Shown: one piece after another, positions 21,241 to 31,476 of the stretch | Position numbering within the stretch: position 1 is the stretch's first letter | Layout of the letters: every line of letters begins with the position of its first letter | NCBI GenBank assembly: GCA_018653365.1 | Contig: JABIAG010000001.1 | Coordinates: 416,001 to 480,000, forward strand | Reading direction: 5' to 3' | Source of the DNA: Candidatus Woesearchaeota archaeon | Lineage (GTDB): Archaea > Nanobdellota > Nanobdellia > Woesearchaeales > JABIAG01 | Length of the DNA: 64,000 bases | The notes under the pieces: model-generated | Database searches by the model: none | What the model saw: the letters and a program-made list of their open reading frames with translations, nothing else | Told to the model about the DNA's origin: nothing | Translations under genes and position numbers: made by a program

Positions 21241-21935
21241 TTTTTCACCTCGGTTTGAAGCCATTCTTCGATTTTACCTGTTAACCCATCAGTATGGGAT
21301 TCAGCCTCAATCTTTCTTATTGCGGTTTCAGCAAGGTTTTCCATTTTTGGATCTTCACCATAAATCCAAACAATACCATTTTGGCCAACAGTAATTTGAG
21401 TTAGGGTGTGTTGTTTAACAATCCCAACCATACTACCTTGTTTACCAATAATTCTAGGTACTTTGTTTGAATTAACCTTAATAATTCGTCCTTTTCTTAG
21501 TTTTCTAAGTCCAGGTCCTTTCATTGTAACGTCAATAAGTTTTTGAGAGGTAACATTTGTGATCTTAACCACAACATAATCTCCAATCCCATAAAACTTT
21601 GTTAGATCTGCTCCTTTTTCGATGTATTCAGAGGTTGCTTCTTTCATAGATAACATTGCCTGATATGGCGAAAATGTTTTCAAAGACCAAGCTGAATAAG
21701 TTACATCAGAAACCTGAGCAACAACAACATCATTCCTTTTAGGCATGTATTGTCCTGTTAATGGAACAATTTTGATTACTTTTCCATCAATTCTAACTAA
21801 TCCCAATAATTGTGAAACTATTGAGTTTGCATCTCTATAACTTCCTGTTGAAGGAAGATAGTCCATGCCTTGTGCTAGCTCTTCGCCAGGCACAACAATT
21901 TGTTTATCTTTAATTAATAATTTACTTTCTGTCAT
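21237..21935 (-). CDS. rrp4: Exosome complex RNA-binding protein Rrp4
   Basis: VVPGE, S1 domain, KH motif KVPRIIGKQGSM, GQNG. Confidence 0.96.
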   Translation of the reverse strand: MTESKLLIKDKQIVVPGEELAQGMDYLPSTGSYRDANSIVSQLLGLVRIDGKVIKIVPLTGQYMPKRNDVVVAQVSDVTYSAWSLKTFSPYQAMLSMKEATSEYIEKGADLTKFYGIGDYVVVKITNVTSQKLIDVTMKGPGLRKLRKGRIIKVNSNKVPRIIGKQGSMVGIVKQHTLTQITVGQNGIVWIYGEDPKMENLAETAIRKIEAESHTDGLTGKIEEWLQTEVKK

Positions 21936-21944
21936 TTTTTTTCC

Positions 21945-22655
21945 TCATAATTTTGTTAATTTTTCTTTTTTAAACCGTTTAAATTTCTTATCAGAAACAT
22001 TAATGTATGCTGCATCAATTCTATCAATGTTGAAGTTTCCGCCTAAAACAGACTTCAACGAATCTAATGCTAACTTTAATCCTTCCTCAATAGATAAAGT
22101 AGGTTTGTACTTTTTGTGTAGTATTTCAGTAATTTCACCATCACCTTCACCAATAGCAATAGCCTGGTAAGGGAAGTAAATTCCTGTAGGGTCTGTAAGG
22201 TAAAGCTTACTGCCTTCCTCATCAATCCCACCAACTAATAATGAAACTCCAAAAGGTCTTAATCCACCAGACTGAGTTGTTAACTGTTTAAGATCACAAA
22301 TATCCTTAACAATAGTTAAAACATCAATCGGCGCATCATAAGTAACCTTATGTTGTTGAGAGGTAACTTGAGAACGCTCAATTAATACTCGAGCATCTGA
22401 TAAAATTCCTGAAGCACTCACTCCAATGTGATCATCAATTTGCCAAATCTTTTCAACTTCACTAGTAACGATTAACGGGTCTAAGATTCTTTTATCTGTA
22501 ACAAATAAAAGCCCATCTTTACAAATCATTGCAATAGCTGCAGAACCCTGTTTAACAGTTTTTTTAGCATATTCAACTTGTAATAGACGTCCGTCAGGAC
22601 TAAACATTGTAATTGCTCTATCATATCCCATTAATTGATGTGGCATTGGTTGCAT
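21945..22655 (-). CDS. psmA: Proteasome alpha subunit
   Basis: GYDRAITMFSPDGRLLQVEYA signature; RPFGVSLL. Confidence 0.97.
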   Translation of the reverse strand: MQPMPHQLMGYDRAITMFSPDGRLLQVEYAKKTVKQGSAAIAMICKDGLLFVTDKRILDPLIVTSEVEKIWQIDDHIGVSASGILSDARVLIERSQVTSQQHKVTYDAPIDVLTIVKDICDLKQLTTQSGGLRPFGVSLLVGGIDEEGSKLYLTDPTGIYFPYQAIAIGEGDGEITEILHKKYKPTLSIEEGLKLALDSLKSVLGGNFNIDRIDAAYINVSDKKFKRFKKEKLTKL

Positions 22656-22659
22656 TTTT

Positions 22660-22962
22660 TCACCTCAAGTATTTCTCATCTGCTTTTTTTAAAATTCCGG
22701 AAACGCCAATAACTTTGACATTAACCAAAGACAAAGCCATAATAACTTCATCCTTATAAGCATGATTTATTCTTACGATTCCTCTATTCTTTTTAAACTT
22801 ATCCTTCATAACAAGCGGATTAACCTTACTCATACCAAGAATACCTAAAAAGTCTTTTAGAGCCTTATCTACCTTATTTGGGTTTGTTGTTTCAAAAACA
22901 ATATACCGTTTTTTTTCTCTTAAGCTCGGTAGGAGCCTTTTCATTTTTGTTTTCATGTTCAA
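22660..22962 (-). CDS. RNase P protein component Rpp14/Pop5
   Basis: LLPSLREKKRYIVF and VSGILKK motifs; upstream of psmA as in the conserved superoperon. Confidence 0.9.
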   Translation of the reverse strand: MNMKTKMKRLLPSLREKKRYIVFETTNPNKVDKALKDFLGILGMSKVNPLVMKDKFKKNRGIVRINHAYKDEVIMALSLVNVKVIGVSGILKKADEKYLR

Positions 22963-23079
22963 GTCGGTCGTTTACAGACCGGGGAGAATGTTTTTTTCCT
23001 TCTCTCTTTAAACTAGTAATCAAAATGTCTTTATAAATGTTTTGGTTAACTTTAAATAAGCGTATTTGTTAACATATTT

Positions 23080-23352
23080 ATGAAAAATACACCTCCTGCC
23101 AGATTACCTCACCATGAGATTTCTGAAATGGCTGATGATGCAGAATTACTTACTGACTTGGTTGCATCAATACAGCAACAATTAGCTCCAGATTTGCTGG
23201 AAGAAATTGCTACTTGGGAAAGTCAGACAAATACTGCATTACAACACCTTCAAGAAGGAGAGGGAAGTGTAAAAGATAATGTAACTGAGTTTGATCATGC
23301 TTATGGGCAGGCAATGAAATTGATAAAACCTTATCTGCCTTGTATGGAATAA
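23080..23352 (+). CDS. Hypothetical protein
   Basis: 90-aa ORF filling the gap, with TTTAAATA about 29 nt upstream. Confidence 0.6.
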   Translation: MKNTPPARLPHHEISEMADDAELLTDLVASIQQQLAPDLLEEIATWESQTNTALQHLQEGEGSVKDNVTEFDHAYGQAMKLIKPYLPCME

Positions 23353-23394
23353 AATACCAAATTCTTTATAAATTACCTTTAGTTCACACTGTTT

Positions 23395-23943
23395 ATGCGA
23401 AGAGGACTCGGATTAGCAACTGCCGCAACAATTCTAACTATGTATTCTGCTCAAGCACAAAAATTATCTCTACGAAAACCGCTTCCACACGAATATCGTG
23501 CAGCCCAAGTTATGGAAAATGGACTATTAAAATCACATTCTTATGCACGAGAAACTGAAAGATTGGTTGAAGCAAGAAGAACACAATTCAGAACAGACAG
23601 AGCACAATTTGATAATGGTAAAATGCCCTGGCAAAATATTAAACGAAGAATCGCAGGTACACTACTGGATCTTGAAATGTATGGTCGTGAAATGGATAGA
23701 CGCGTTAAATTAACAAAGAATGCAATAAAACAGATTAAATTAACGCCCTCTGATTATGATGACAAGTACATTCCAGATCTTAGACGAGCATTAAATAGCT
23801 TAAATTCTGCCCAGGAAAATTTAATGGTATTGCGATGTTCAATAGAAATGGAAACAGAGTTTTGGTTAACTGTTGAACAAAGAAAAGAAATAAATGCCGA
23901 TATTATGGTACTTCAGGTAAAACGAAGATCTGAAAGAAATTAA
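23395..23943 (+). CDS. Hypothetical helical protein with probable signal peptide
   Basis: 182-aa ORF; MRRGLGLATAATILTMYSAQA resembles a signal peptide; TTTATAAA upstream. Confidence 0.6.
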   Translation: MRRGLGLATAATILTMYSAQAQKLSLRKPLPHEYRAAQVMENGLLKSHSYARETERLVEARRTQFRTDRAQFDNGKMPWQNIKRRIAGTLLDLEMYGREMDRRVKLTKNAIKQIKLTPSDYDDKYIPDLRRALNSLNSAQENLMVLRCSIEMETEFWLTVEQRKEINADIMVLQVKRRSERN

Positions 23944-25205
23944 GCAACTAAATAGTGCTGAGTAAAACTCTTAATTTTAACTTTAACTTTGTCCCCAATC
24001 TTAAAATCTGCAGTAGGAACAATAATTTGTTTATAAAAAATATTTCTTGCAATTAGAGTTCCTTCTTTACCCTCTTCATCAATGATTGCAGTAGTCTCTT
24101 TAAGTTTCCATTTACGATTAACATCTAATCCAACCCAATCAAAAATACGGGTCATTTCACGACTTCTGTTTTGAACTATTTTAGTATCAATACTCTGTAA
24201 TTTGAATGCGGGTGTGTTGGGACGTTTTCTAAATTTAGAAATGTTAATTACATCTGGTTTGAGCCCTTTTATTAATGCACAAGTTTCCTGGAAGTGAACA
24301 TCATTCTCTGTTGGAAACCCAACAATCACATCTGTTGCAATAGAAATATTGGGAATAACTTTACGAAAACTATTGATTATTTTTCTGAAATCTTCAACAG
24401 TATATTGTCGATTCATTTCTTGAAGAACTTGATTACTTCCTGATTGAATTGGAATGTGAAGAAACTTAAATATTTTTTTGTGCTCAAAAACTTTTACTAA
24501 TTCATCAAGATATGAAGTAATATTATTGGGGTTAACCATTCCTACTCTAACATAAAATTCTCCTTCTATGTCAACAATTTTTTCTAATAATTTTGCTAAG
24601 TTTGTGTTAATATCAATACCATAACAACCACAATCTTGTGAAGTGATCCAGATTTCTTTACAACCTGATTCTACTGCATCTTTAACTTCCTTAAGAATTG
24701 TCTCCTCAGGAAATGAATAAAAAGTTCCCTTAATTGGACGCACACTACAATAAGAACACTTTCCAATACAAGAATTAGAAATGGGAATTATTGCAATAAT
24801 CTTGTTTTTTCTTACTCTTGGAAAGTTAAGTTTAACTAACTGGTTATGTGTAACTAATTCAATTGGATGATTATTAATTACCTCTTCAATAACAGAATTT
24901 ATTTGATCAATATTATGTGTGTTGATAATGCCGCACTCAGAATCAAGTTCTCTAATCTTTTTTAATAAATGAGTTGGGATACACCCTGCAATAATTAATT
25001 GTTTGTAGGGATGTTCTGCCTTAACTTTTTTAATTGCACTTAAACTAGCATCATCCCCTTTAACTGTGCATAAGTTTAAAACAACTATGTCTGCAGCTTC
25101 AATACTACTAGTAACAGCAAAATTTTGTTTAACTAAACCTTTCATAATCTCAGATTCAGCAAAATTATTACTGCATCCAAATGTTTTAAAAAAAACTTTC
25201 TCCAT
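23940..25205 (-). CDS. MiaB-like tRNA methylthiotransferase (MtaB/CDKAL1 type, radical SAM)
   Basis: UPF0004 domain KTFGCSNN, NLCTVK, AGC; CxxxCxxC CIGKCSYC; HIPIQSGS; TDVIVGFPTE; C-terminal TRAM domain. Confidence 0.92.
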   Translation of the reverse strand: MEKVFFKTFGCSNNFAESEIMKGLVKQNFAVTSSIEAADIVVLNLCTVKGDDASLSAIKKVKAEHPYKQLIIAGCIPTHLLKKIRELDSECGIINTHNIDQINSVIEEVINNHPIELVTHNQLVKLNFPRVRKNKIIAIIPISNSCIGKCSYCSVRPIKGTFYSFPEETILKEVKDAVESGCKEIWITSQDCGCYGIDINTNLAKLLEKIVDIEGEFYVRVGMVNPNNITSYLDELVKVFEHKKIFKFLHIPIQSGSNQVLQEMNRQYTVEDFRKIINSFRKVIPNISIATDVIVGFPTENDVHFQETCALIKGLKPDVINISKFRKRPNTPAFKLQSIDTKIVQNRSREMTRIFDWVGLDVNRKWKLKETTAIIDEEGKEGTLIARNIFYKQIIVPTADFKIGDKVKVKIKSFTQHYLVA

Positions 25206-25278
25206 AAAACAACGACCAGTATATGCTTTAAAAAGGTTGCTGTGAATATTTATAAATTAAGAGGGGTTTCTAGTTAAA

Positions 25279-25965
25279 ATGATTAAAATAAGAGAGGGAT
25301 GTAAACCAGGACAGTCTAATGCAAGAATTGTTCCGGGGTTAAATCCAACAACTGTAGAAGAAATTGCAGAAGTAATGTCTATTGCAACTATCACACAACC
25401 TCCTTCTAGTGGGGTTGTAAACGGATTTTATGATGGAACCGATCAAGATTTTATTGATAATATGTTTAATGTTTATGTGCGTCCGGGAATGATTGATTTT
25501 GCAGTAAGAAACGCTCTAAGAGTTGGGCGTGCTGACGCTCTTATTATTGGGGGGTTAGAGGTGATTTCACCAGGTCCGGGAAATAAACTCTTGGTACAAG
25601 CTTATCAACCAATAGCGCAATCGTCCTCATTCGGGGTTCAAATTCCAGTCTATAAATATGATGGAGGGTTGAGATTGGATCAACAATATGAAACTCCTCA
25701 GGGAGTATTAACAATTCAGCCCTGTTGTGCTTTTTTTGATCTAAACCTATTAAAAGATGAACCGCCTTTTGGAGATTTGTTTGTGACAGAAGGGTTAGGA
25801 AGTAGAATGTTTGAACAGGTCTTAAGAGAACCTTTAGAAAAACGGCTAGAAACACAAGAAGGATTAAAAGGGGTGGCTGTTGGCCAAATTAGATTAAAAC
25901 AAGGGCAGGGGACTAAAGGAGAACTGGTTGGAATAGCCTCAATGGGATTAACTTATTTCTCTTAA
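25279..25965 (+). CDS. Hypothetical protein
   Basis: 228-aa ORF with its own TATA; no recognised motif. Confidence 0.6.
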   Translation: MIKIREGCKPGQSNARIVPGLNPTTVEEIAEVMSIATITQPPSSGVVNGFYDGTDQDFIDNMFNVYVRPGMIDFAVRNALRVGRADALIIGGLEVISPGPGNKLLVQAYQPIAQSSSFGVQIPVYKYDGGLRLDQQYETPQGVLTIQPCCAFFDLNLLKDEPPFGDLFVTEGLGSRMFEQVLREPLEKRLETQEGLKGVAVGQIRLKQGQGTKGELVGIASMGLTYFS

Positions 25966-26807
25966 CTATTAACTAATTCGAAGAAAGTATCGAAAACAGG
26001 CTTTTCTGTAGTAAACTGAAAGAATTGAAACCCTAATTCATTACATGCACTTCTAATCTCATTCACGTGCTGATTCAGTCTTTTAACATAAGTTTGTTGA
26101 GTACGTTTAGAGATGTACGTTCTTAATTTGCCATCAGATTCTGCATCTAAAAGAGTAAAATCACCCTCTAAAGGCATGTCTTTCTCTTCAATATCAAGAA
26201 CCTGAACAATTCTTACAGTATGTCCCTTACCTAACAATTTTAAAGAAGCAATGATCTTATCTATATCTGTTAAGAAATCAGAAATTATAACAATAAAAGA
26301 TCTAGAGTGAATTCCTTTCTTATAGGCCCGAACAGAATCAAATATTTCAGACACGCCAGCAGGTTTTATTTTATTCAGATGATCCATCATAGTAAGAATT
26401 TGCCGTTGACCTTTAGAACCCTTAAATGTTGCAATATCTTTAGCAAATGTAGAAAAGTGAATTTTTTCATTATTTTTCAGAGCTAAAAATGCAAAACCCA
26501 ATCCGAGTTTTGCAGCATAATCAAACTTTTCATTAAAAGCCATACTGCCAGAGGTATCAATTAAAATGTGAACGTTAAGATTTCGTTCTTCTTCAAACAT
26601 TTTAACATACAAATCATCCGTTCGCGCATAAACTTTCCAATCAATAGCTCTAAAATTATCTCCTGGAGTATAAATTCTATGTTCCTTAAAAATAGTGCCT
26701 GAACCAGAACCAATTGATTTACGTTCACCAGTATACTTAGAGGTAACTCGTTTATTAACTATTAAGTTAAATCGTTGCAATTCTTGAAGGAAGGATGCGT
26801 CTATCAT
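25962..26807 (-). CDS. DUF58 domain protein (vWA-like, MoxR-associated)
   Basis: FKEHRIYTPGDNFRAIDWKVYAR, IDTSGSM, ISDF. Confidence 0.92.
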   Translation of the reverse strand: MIDASFLQELQRFNLIVNKRVTSKYTGERKSIGSGSGTIFKEHRIYTPGDNFRAIDWKVYARTDDLYVKMFEEERNLNVHILIDTSGSMAFNEKFDYAAKLGLGFAFLALKNNEKIHFSTFAKDIATFKGSKGQRQILTMMDHLNKIKPAGVSEIFDSVRAYKKGIHSRSFIVIISDFLTDIDKIIASLKLLGKGHTVRIVQVLDIEEKDMPLEGDFTLLDAESDGKLRTYISKRTQQTYVKRLNQHVNEIRSACNELGFQFFQFTTEKPVFDTFFELVNS

Positions 26808-27733
26808 TTGATAATCTTGCTGATTGCAGCATCTACATCTAATCCTTGACGTTCAGCTTCAAAGCTTAATACAACTCTATGACGTAAGACTGGAAGAGCC
26901 ATGGTCTTAATATCTTCGCCACTAACATGAGTTCTACCCTTAATCAAAGCTCGGGCTTTAGATGCTAAAATAAGCGCCATTGAAGCTCGGGGAGAGGCCC
27001 CAAACATAAACAATTCCTTATTCTTTCTAGTGGCAATAACAATCTTAACAGCTGCCTTTCGTAAATCATCAGCAATGGGCATGTTCTTAGTAAGTTCCTG
27101 AAGTTTTAACAACCGTGCTTTGTCCATAACTTTTTTAGGTTCAACAACAGTTTCTTTCTCAGTGTATTGCTTAACAATTTGAATCTCTTCATCCTCATTA
27201 GGATAACCCATCTTAATTTTTAACAAAAACCTATCTGCTTGAGCTTCAGGTAAAGGATACGTACCCTCTTGTTCAATTGGGTTCTGAGTTGCTAAAACAA
27301 AAAACGGATCTTCTAACTTAAACGTGCTTGTTCCAACTGTAACTTGCTTCTCCTGCATTGCTTCTAAAAAAGCAGATTGGGATTTTGGAGTTGCTCTGTT
27401 AATTTCATCGGCAAGAACAATATTAGCAAATATTGGGCCTGGTTGAAATTTAAAACTTCTCTTACCCCGTTCTTCATTAATAATATAAGTTCCAGTAATA
27501 TCAGATGGCATAAGATCTGGCGTGTTCTGAATTCTTGAAAACTTAAGATCAATAACTTTAGAAAGTGTATTGATGGTTAGAGTTTTTGCCAATCCTGGGT
27601 ATCCCTCTAATAATGCATTACCATTACATAATAATGCAATAATAACTTCCTCGATCATTTCATTTTGTCCAATCACAACTTTATGTAATTCTTTTGTAAC
27701 GTGATCAAACATTTCTTTATGGTGTGTGGTCAT
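26804..27733 (-). CDS. moxR: MoxR family AAA+ ATPase
   Basis: LLEGYPGLAKT, RIQNTPDLMPSDITG, LADEINRATPK, ATQNPIEQEGTYPLPEAQ.DRF, GASPR. Confidence 0.95.
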   Translation of the reverse strand: MTTHHKEMFDHVTKELHKVVIGQNEMIEEVIIALLCNGNALLEGYPGLAKTLTINTLSKVIDLKFSRIQNTPDLMPSDITGTYIINEERGKRSFKFQPGPIFANIVLADEINRATPKSQSAFLEAMQEKQVTVGTSTFKLEDPFFVLATQNPIEQEGTYPLPEAQADRFLLKIKMGYPNEDEEIQIVKQYTEKETVVEPKKVMDKARLLKLQELTKNMPIADDLRKAAVKIVIATRKNKELFMFGASPRASMALILASKARALIKGRTHVSGEDIKTMALPVLRHRVVLSFEAERQGLDVDAAISKIIK

Positions 27734-27748
27734 TTTTTATCCTCCGGT

Positions 27749-28603
27749 TTAACTTTCAGCTAATTTTTTAAAATATCTTTTGACTATTTCTTGTCTTTTT
27801 TGTGGGATGTTTTCTTCAAATCCAAATGATGAATCGGAAAAAACATCTTCTTCGTAAGGCTTGTCCAAAAAGTTACGTCTTTCTGGTGGATCGAAGTTAT
27901 CAACACTAACCTCAAAATCTGTTGGACTAATCTCTATATTAATTTTTTCATTCCCTAACTGAACAACCTCTATTTCTCCAAAAATATCGCCTCCCTCAGT
28001 ATCGCCCCCTCCCACTCCTGCAGTGAGAGCTAACTTCTTAAAACGCATTTTCAACTCATTTTGTGAATTAACAACTTTAAGTTTTTCTCGTTCTTTACTA
28101 ATTTTAGCACTGAAGTCTTGAATTAAACCTTGAGAACGATCAATTAGATCTTCTGCATCTAAAAGCTTAATATTAAGAGAGGCAATAAGAATGATTAAAA
28201 AAGAAACGAAAAAGATGAACAGAACACGTGAAAGAACTTTTCTAAAATCAATAAAATCTCCAATATCAACAAATTTCTTAACATTCTTCTTAACTTCATC
28301 ACGTAATTGATCTATTAACTCATTATCCATTCTAATAGTGTCTTTAACAGTTCTTAACTTCTCAAAAAGAATGTTGTATTTTTTTTCAACAGCTAAAAAA
28401 GGACTGGTTTTAGAGAGTATAACACACTCAGTTATAAAGAAAAGCGAAGCAACAATTAATGAAATGGTCAGGGTAGGAAGGTTAAGAAGCATGAGGATAA
28501 GATAAGTTGTTAAAAAAATAACTGAAGCTCCAAGAAAAGCATTGAAAAATCTAATCTTGTAAATTCCAGATCTTATCTCATTAACAAATCGTCTAGTTTT
28601 CAT
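27749..28603 (-). CDS. Membrane protein of the MoxR operon
   Basis: Three hydrophobic helices; acidic C-terminus ending IVKRYFKKL. Confidence 0.7.
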   Translation of the reverse strand: MKTRRFVNEIRSGIYKIRFFNAFLGASVIFLTTYLILMLLNLPTLTISLIVASLFFITECVILSKTSPFLAVEKKYNILFEKLRTVKDTIRMDNELIDQLRDEVKKNVKKFVDIGDFIDFRKVLSRVLFIFFVSFLIILIASLNIKLLDAEDLIDRSQGLIQDFSAKISKEREKLKVVNSQNELKMRFKKLALTAGVGGGDTEGGDIFGEIEVVQLGNEKINIEISPTDFEVSVDNFDPPERRNFLDKPYEEDVFSDSSFGFEENIPQKRQEIVKRYFKKLAES

Positions 28604-29139
28604 GTTAGTCCTTTTAAGTCATCAATGTAATCATCTAGGTCTGCCAATAATTCTTCAACAGTTACTGGCGCAATGCTATGTGTTACTCTTAATTCTTCTT
28701 CAAGTATGGTGTATTCATCTTCTAAATCTTCGACAACGGAGTCAATATCCTCAACCAAAGAGTTAAGCTGCTCAGTTCTAATTACTAAACTATCTTCCGC
28801 ATCTTCTAATTCAGCTTTTGTTTTAGCTAGAAGTGTTTTGGTATCTACAAGTTCTGCATCAGTAAGGGCTTTTTCACCTGAAAGATCAGTATATAATTCA
28901 TCAAGTTTTTCTTTATCTTTAGTCTTTCTTGTAATTTCTGAACCTGCCTCATCTAATCTATTCTCTCTTTCCTGTAAATCCTCTATGAGTTGATCATACT
29001 CTTGGACTCGCTCATAATATTTTCCAGTAACATCATTATATGTTGTCTGGTAATATGCAGTTAAGCTCAAACTATATCCAATAAGAACAACAGCTACAAC
29101 CAACAAAAGCAAATTAATGTTTCTTTTTAAATAACTCAT
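28600..29139 (-). CDS. Membrane-anchored coiled-coil protein
   Basis: N-terminal TM followed by heptad-rich acidic helix; overlaps the next gene by 4 nt. Confidence 0.7.
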   Translation of the reverse strand: MSYLKRNINLLLLVVAVVLIGYSLSLTAYYQTTYNDVTGKYYERVQEYDQLIEDLQERENRLDEAGSEITRKTKDKEKLDELYTDLSGEKALTDAELVDTKTLLAKTKAELEDAEDSLVIRTEQLNSLVEDIDSVVEDLEDEYTILEEELRVTHSIAPVTVEELLADLDDYIDDLKGLT

Positions 29140-29142
29140 TTT

Positions 29143-31476
29143 TTATTCCTCTTTGTTTTTTAGTTTTCTTCTTAAAAATATTTCAACCAAAAATACAATG
29201 ACCGCAATTGGCAATATCAAATATCTATAATATTCCCTATCTTCAATTACTTTCTCACTATCCTTCTTAATTTTTTCTATAATTTCTTTATGATTGTCAA
29301 CATCTAGGATTTGTCCACCTGTAAGTCCAACCAACTCTTCCAATTCAGGATTAAGTCCTAAATCCTCAAATTCTCTTGGATAATTAACTGCAAACTCTTC
29401 ACCTAAGATTTTAAAGAAACCAGTTTGATCTGGAACTAAATTACCTGAATAAATATTAGTATCAATTTCAATCAATTGAACATCGTTAATATCTGGGACT
29501 TTATCAGAATAAATACTAATGTCTAAACTTTCTCCAATTCTTCCATCTCCAACATTAACTCTAGTTCCTAATTTTCTCCGTGGATCACCAACAACCCAAT
29601 TAGCAGTTCTAGAAATTAACTTTGAATTACCCTCTCTCAATAATTGTCCTGACCAAGAATTGCCTGCATCAGTAGCAAGAACTGCAACCCTACCTAAACC
29701 AAATCTCCAAACAGATAAAATTGGCAAACCGTTACTGCTAGCAACCAACATTTGAGCCGAAGACTTTGGAACTACCTGATTAAAACCAAAAATTTTCGCA
29801 TTAATGTCTAAATCTTTAGTGATAAAATGATTAGAATTTACCGATCGAATACTCCACTCTTTTTTCTCATTACTTCGTTCAGTTCCAAATACAAAAGAAA
29901 GTTGACCTTCACTGCCCGCTTTAAGATATGTTCCACCACCATTAGCGGCTAAAAGATCCATATAACCCTCATCCGTGCCCTCACCAATACCAACAGTATA
30001 AATGTTAATACCTTCACCACGAAGCCCTTTTGCAATTTCTAATGCGGTTTGAGGATTCTTTGTTTTACCATCTGAAATAATAATGATGTTTTTATTACCT
30101 GCTGCAGATTCAAGAAGTTGACCTGCACGAAGCAGACCTGTTTCTAAATATGTTCCGCCTGTATCTTGTAACGAATTGATCTTGCCAGGGGTGTTAAGTT
30201 GAGTTTTAACCTGATTAAGTTCTGAAATTGTATGTGCTTCATTATTAAATGCCACCACACCTAAATAATCTTCAGGATCTAATTGATTGAATACACTCAT
30301 AGCTTGAGCTTTTTCAAGATCAACAACTGACCCGCCAACTGTTGCTAAACCTGAACTAATCGAAATATCAATAACTAACACAACATTTAGATCTGTGATG
30401 TTTTCAATAACAGCAGCACCAACCTTTGTAGGAAGAATGGTTTGGAATTGAGCAGTTTCATATCCTCCCAAATCAAATGAGCTTGGCCCACCTATAACAA
30501 ATAAACCATTACCATCTAATAAATAATTGGTTAAACTATCTGTTTTATCATTAACTAGATTCGCAGGAAGGTCGTTAAGAATCACCCCAAAGTACCTATC
30601 TAAATTATTTGGAAGGGTGGCAACTTTCTCAAGATTATACATATCACTAAAAATCTTTTCAATTGGCGAAGACTTTTGTGAAACATAAAGCGCTTTTGGT
30701 TTGTCTAAAGAATTAATTGCCTTAAAGAAAATGTTATTTTGTTGATTTGAATCACTTACTTTTAATTCTGCTTGAAGTTTATGATACCCTCCAGAAAATA
30801 AAAGTCTTACTTCTTCTACTCGAGCCTTATTATCTGAAAAACGATTTATTTCTTGTCCATCTCGTTTAAGAACAACATCATAAGGAACGTTTCCAACATT
30901 ATTGACTTTAATGTAAAACTTATTTTCTAACCCACTTAAAACCATCTTAGGACCAATAATCGAAACAGAGGCATCTTTAGACTTTTCTTTAAGTTTTATA
31001 ACATTAACAGTTGAATTAATTACTGAAGCAAATTTGATAACATCGGCTAAATCTTTTCCAGAATTAGCATTCCCATCACTAATTAAAAGAATGTTATCCT
31101 CGCCAAACATAGAATTAAGAAGTGCATTACCAATTGGGCTTTTAAGATCTTCCCCAACAACAACAGAATTAACAACATCTAACTCTTCTAAACTTGCAAT
31201 TAGCGAAGCAGAATCATCTTTAAACAAATTCATTGATGAAGACTTGTCAATTAAAACATTAACAACAGAATCTCCCTTTTCAATTCTAGTAGTTGAACTG
31301 TATGGTGCTGCAAGAGCAACAATCAAAAGAGTGAGAATAACTAATCTTGAAATGAAAACAATCCACCTAATCTTCTTTTTTTCACTTCCTTTAATGAAAG
31401 AGTGATGTATCAAAATCATCAAGAAAACAAAAACAACAGGCACGAGTCCAAATAATAAAATGTTTTCAAATTCCAT
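29143..31476 (-). CDS. vWA domain membrane protein with glutamine-amidotransferase-like region
   Basis: MIDAS-like motifs IDKSSSM and IDISISS, two ISDG motifs, GGT, GGPSSF, WRFGLGRV; N- and C-terminal TMs. Start at 31476 is TAATG-coupled to the upstream gene. Confidence 0.85.
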   Translation of the reverse strand: MEFENILLFGLVPVVFVFLMILIHHSFIKGSEKKKIRWIVFISRLVILTLLIVALAAPYSSTTRIEKGDSVVNVLIDKSSSMNLFKDDSASLIASLEELDVVNSVVVGEDLKSPIGNALLNSMFGEDNILLISDGNANSGKDLADVIKFASVINSTVNVIKLKEKSKDASVSIIGPKMVLSGLENKFYIKVNNVGNVPYDVVLKRDGQEINRFSDNKARVEEVRLLFSGGYHKLQAELKVSDSNQQNNIFFKAINSLDKPKALYVSQKSSPIEKIFSDMYNLEKVATLPNNLDRYFGVILNDLPANLVNDKTDSLTNYLLDGNGLFVIGGPSSFDLGGYETAQFQTILPTKVGAAVIENITDLNVVLVIDISISSGLATVGGSVVDLEKAQAMSVFNQLDPEDYLGVVAFNNEAHTISELNQVKTQLNTPGKINSLQDTGGTYLETGLLRAGQLLESAAGNKNIIIISDGKTKNPQTALEIAKGLRGEGINIYTVGIGEGTDEGYMDLLAANGGGTYLKAGSEGQLSFVFGTERSNEKKEWSIRSVNSNHFITKDLDINAKIFGFNQVVPKSSAQMLVASSNGLPILSVWRFGLGRVAVLATDAGNSWSGQLLREGNSKLISRTANWVVGDPRRKLGTRVNVGDGRIGESLDISIYSDKVPDINDVQLIEIDTNIYSGNLVPDQTGFFKILGEEFAVNYPREFEDLGLNPELEELVGLTGGQILDVDNHKEIIEKIKKDSEKVIEDREYYRYLILPIAVIVFLVEIFLRRKLKNKEE

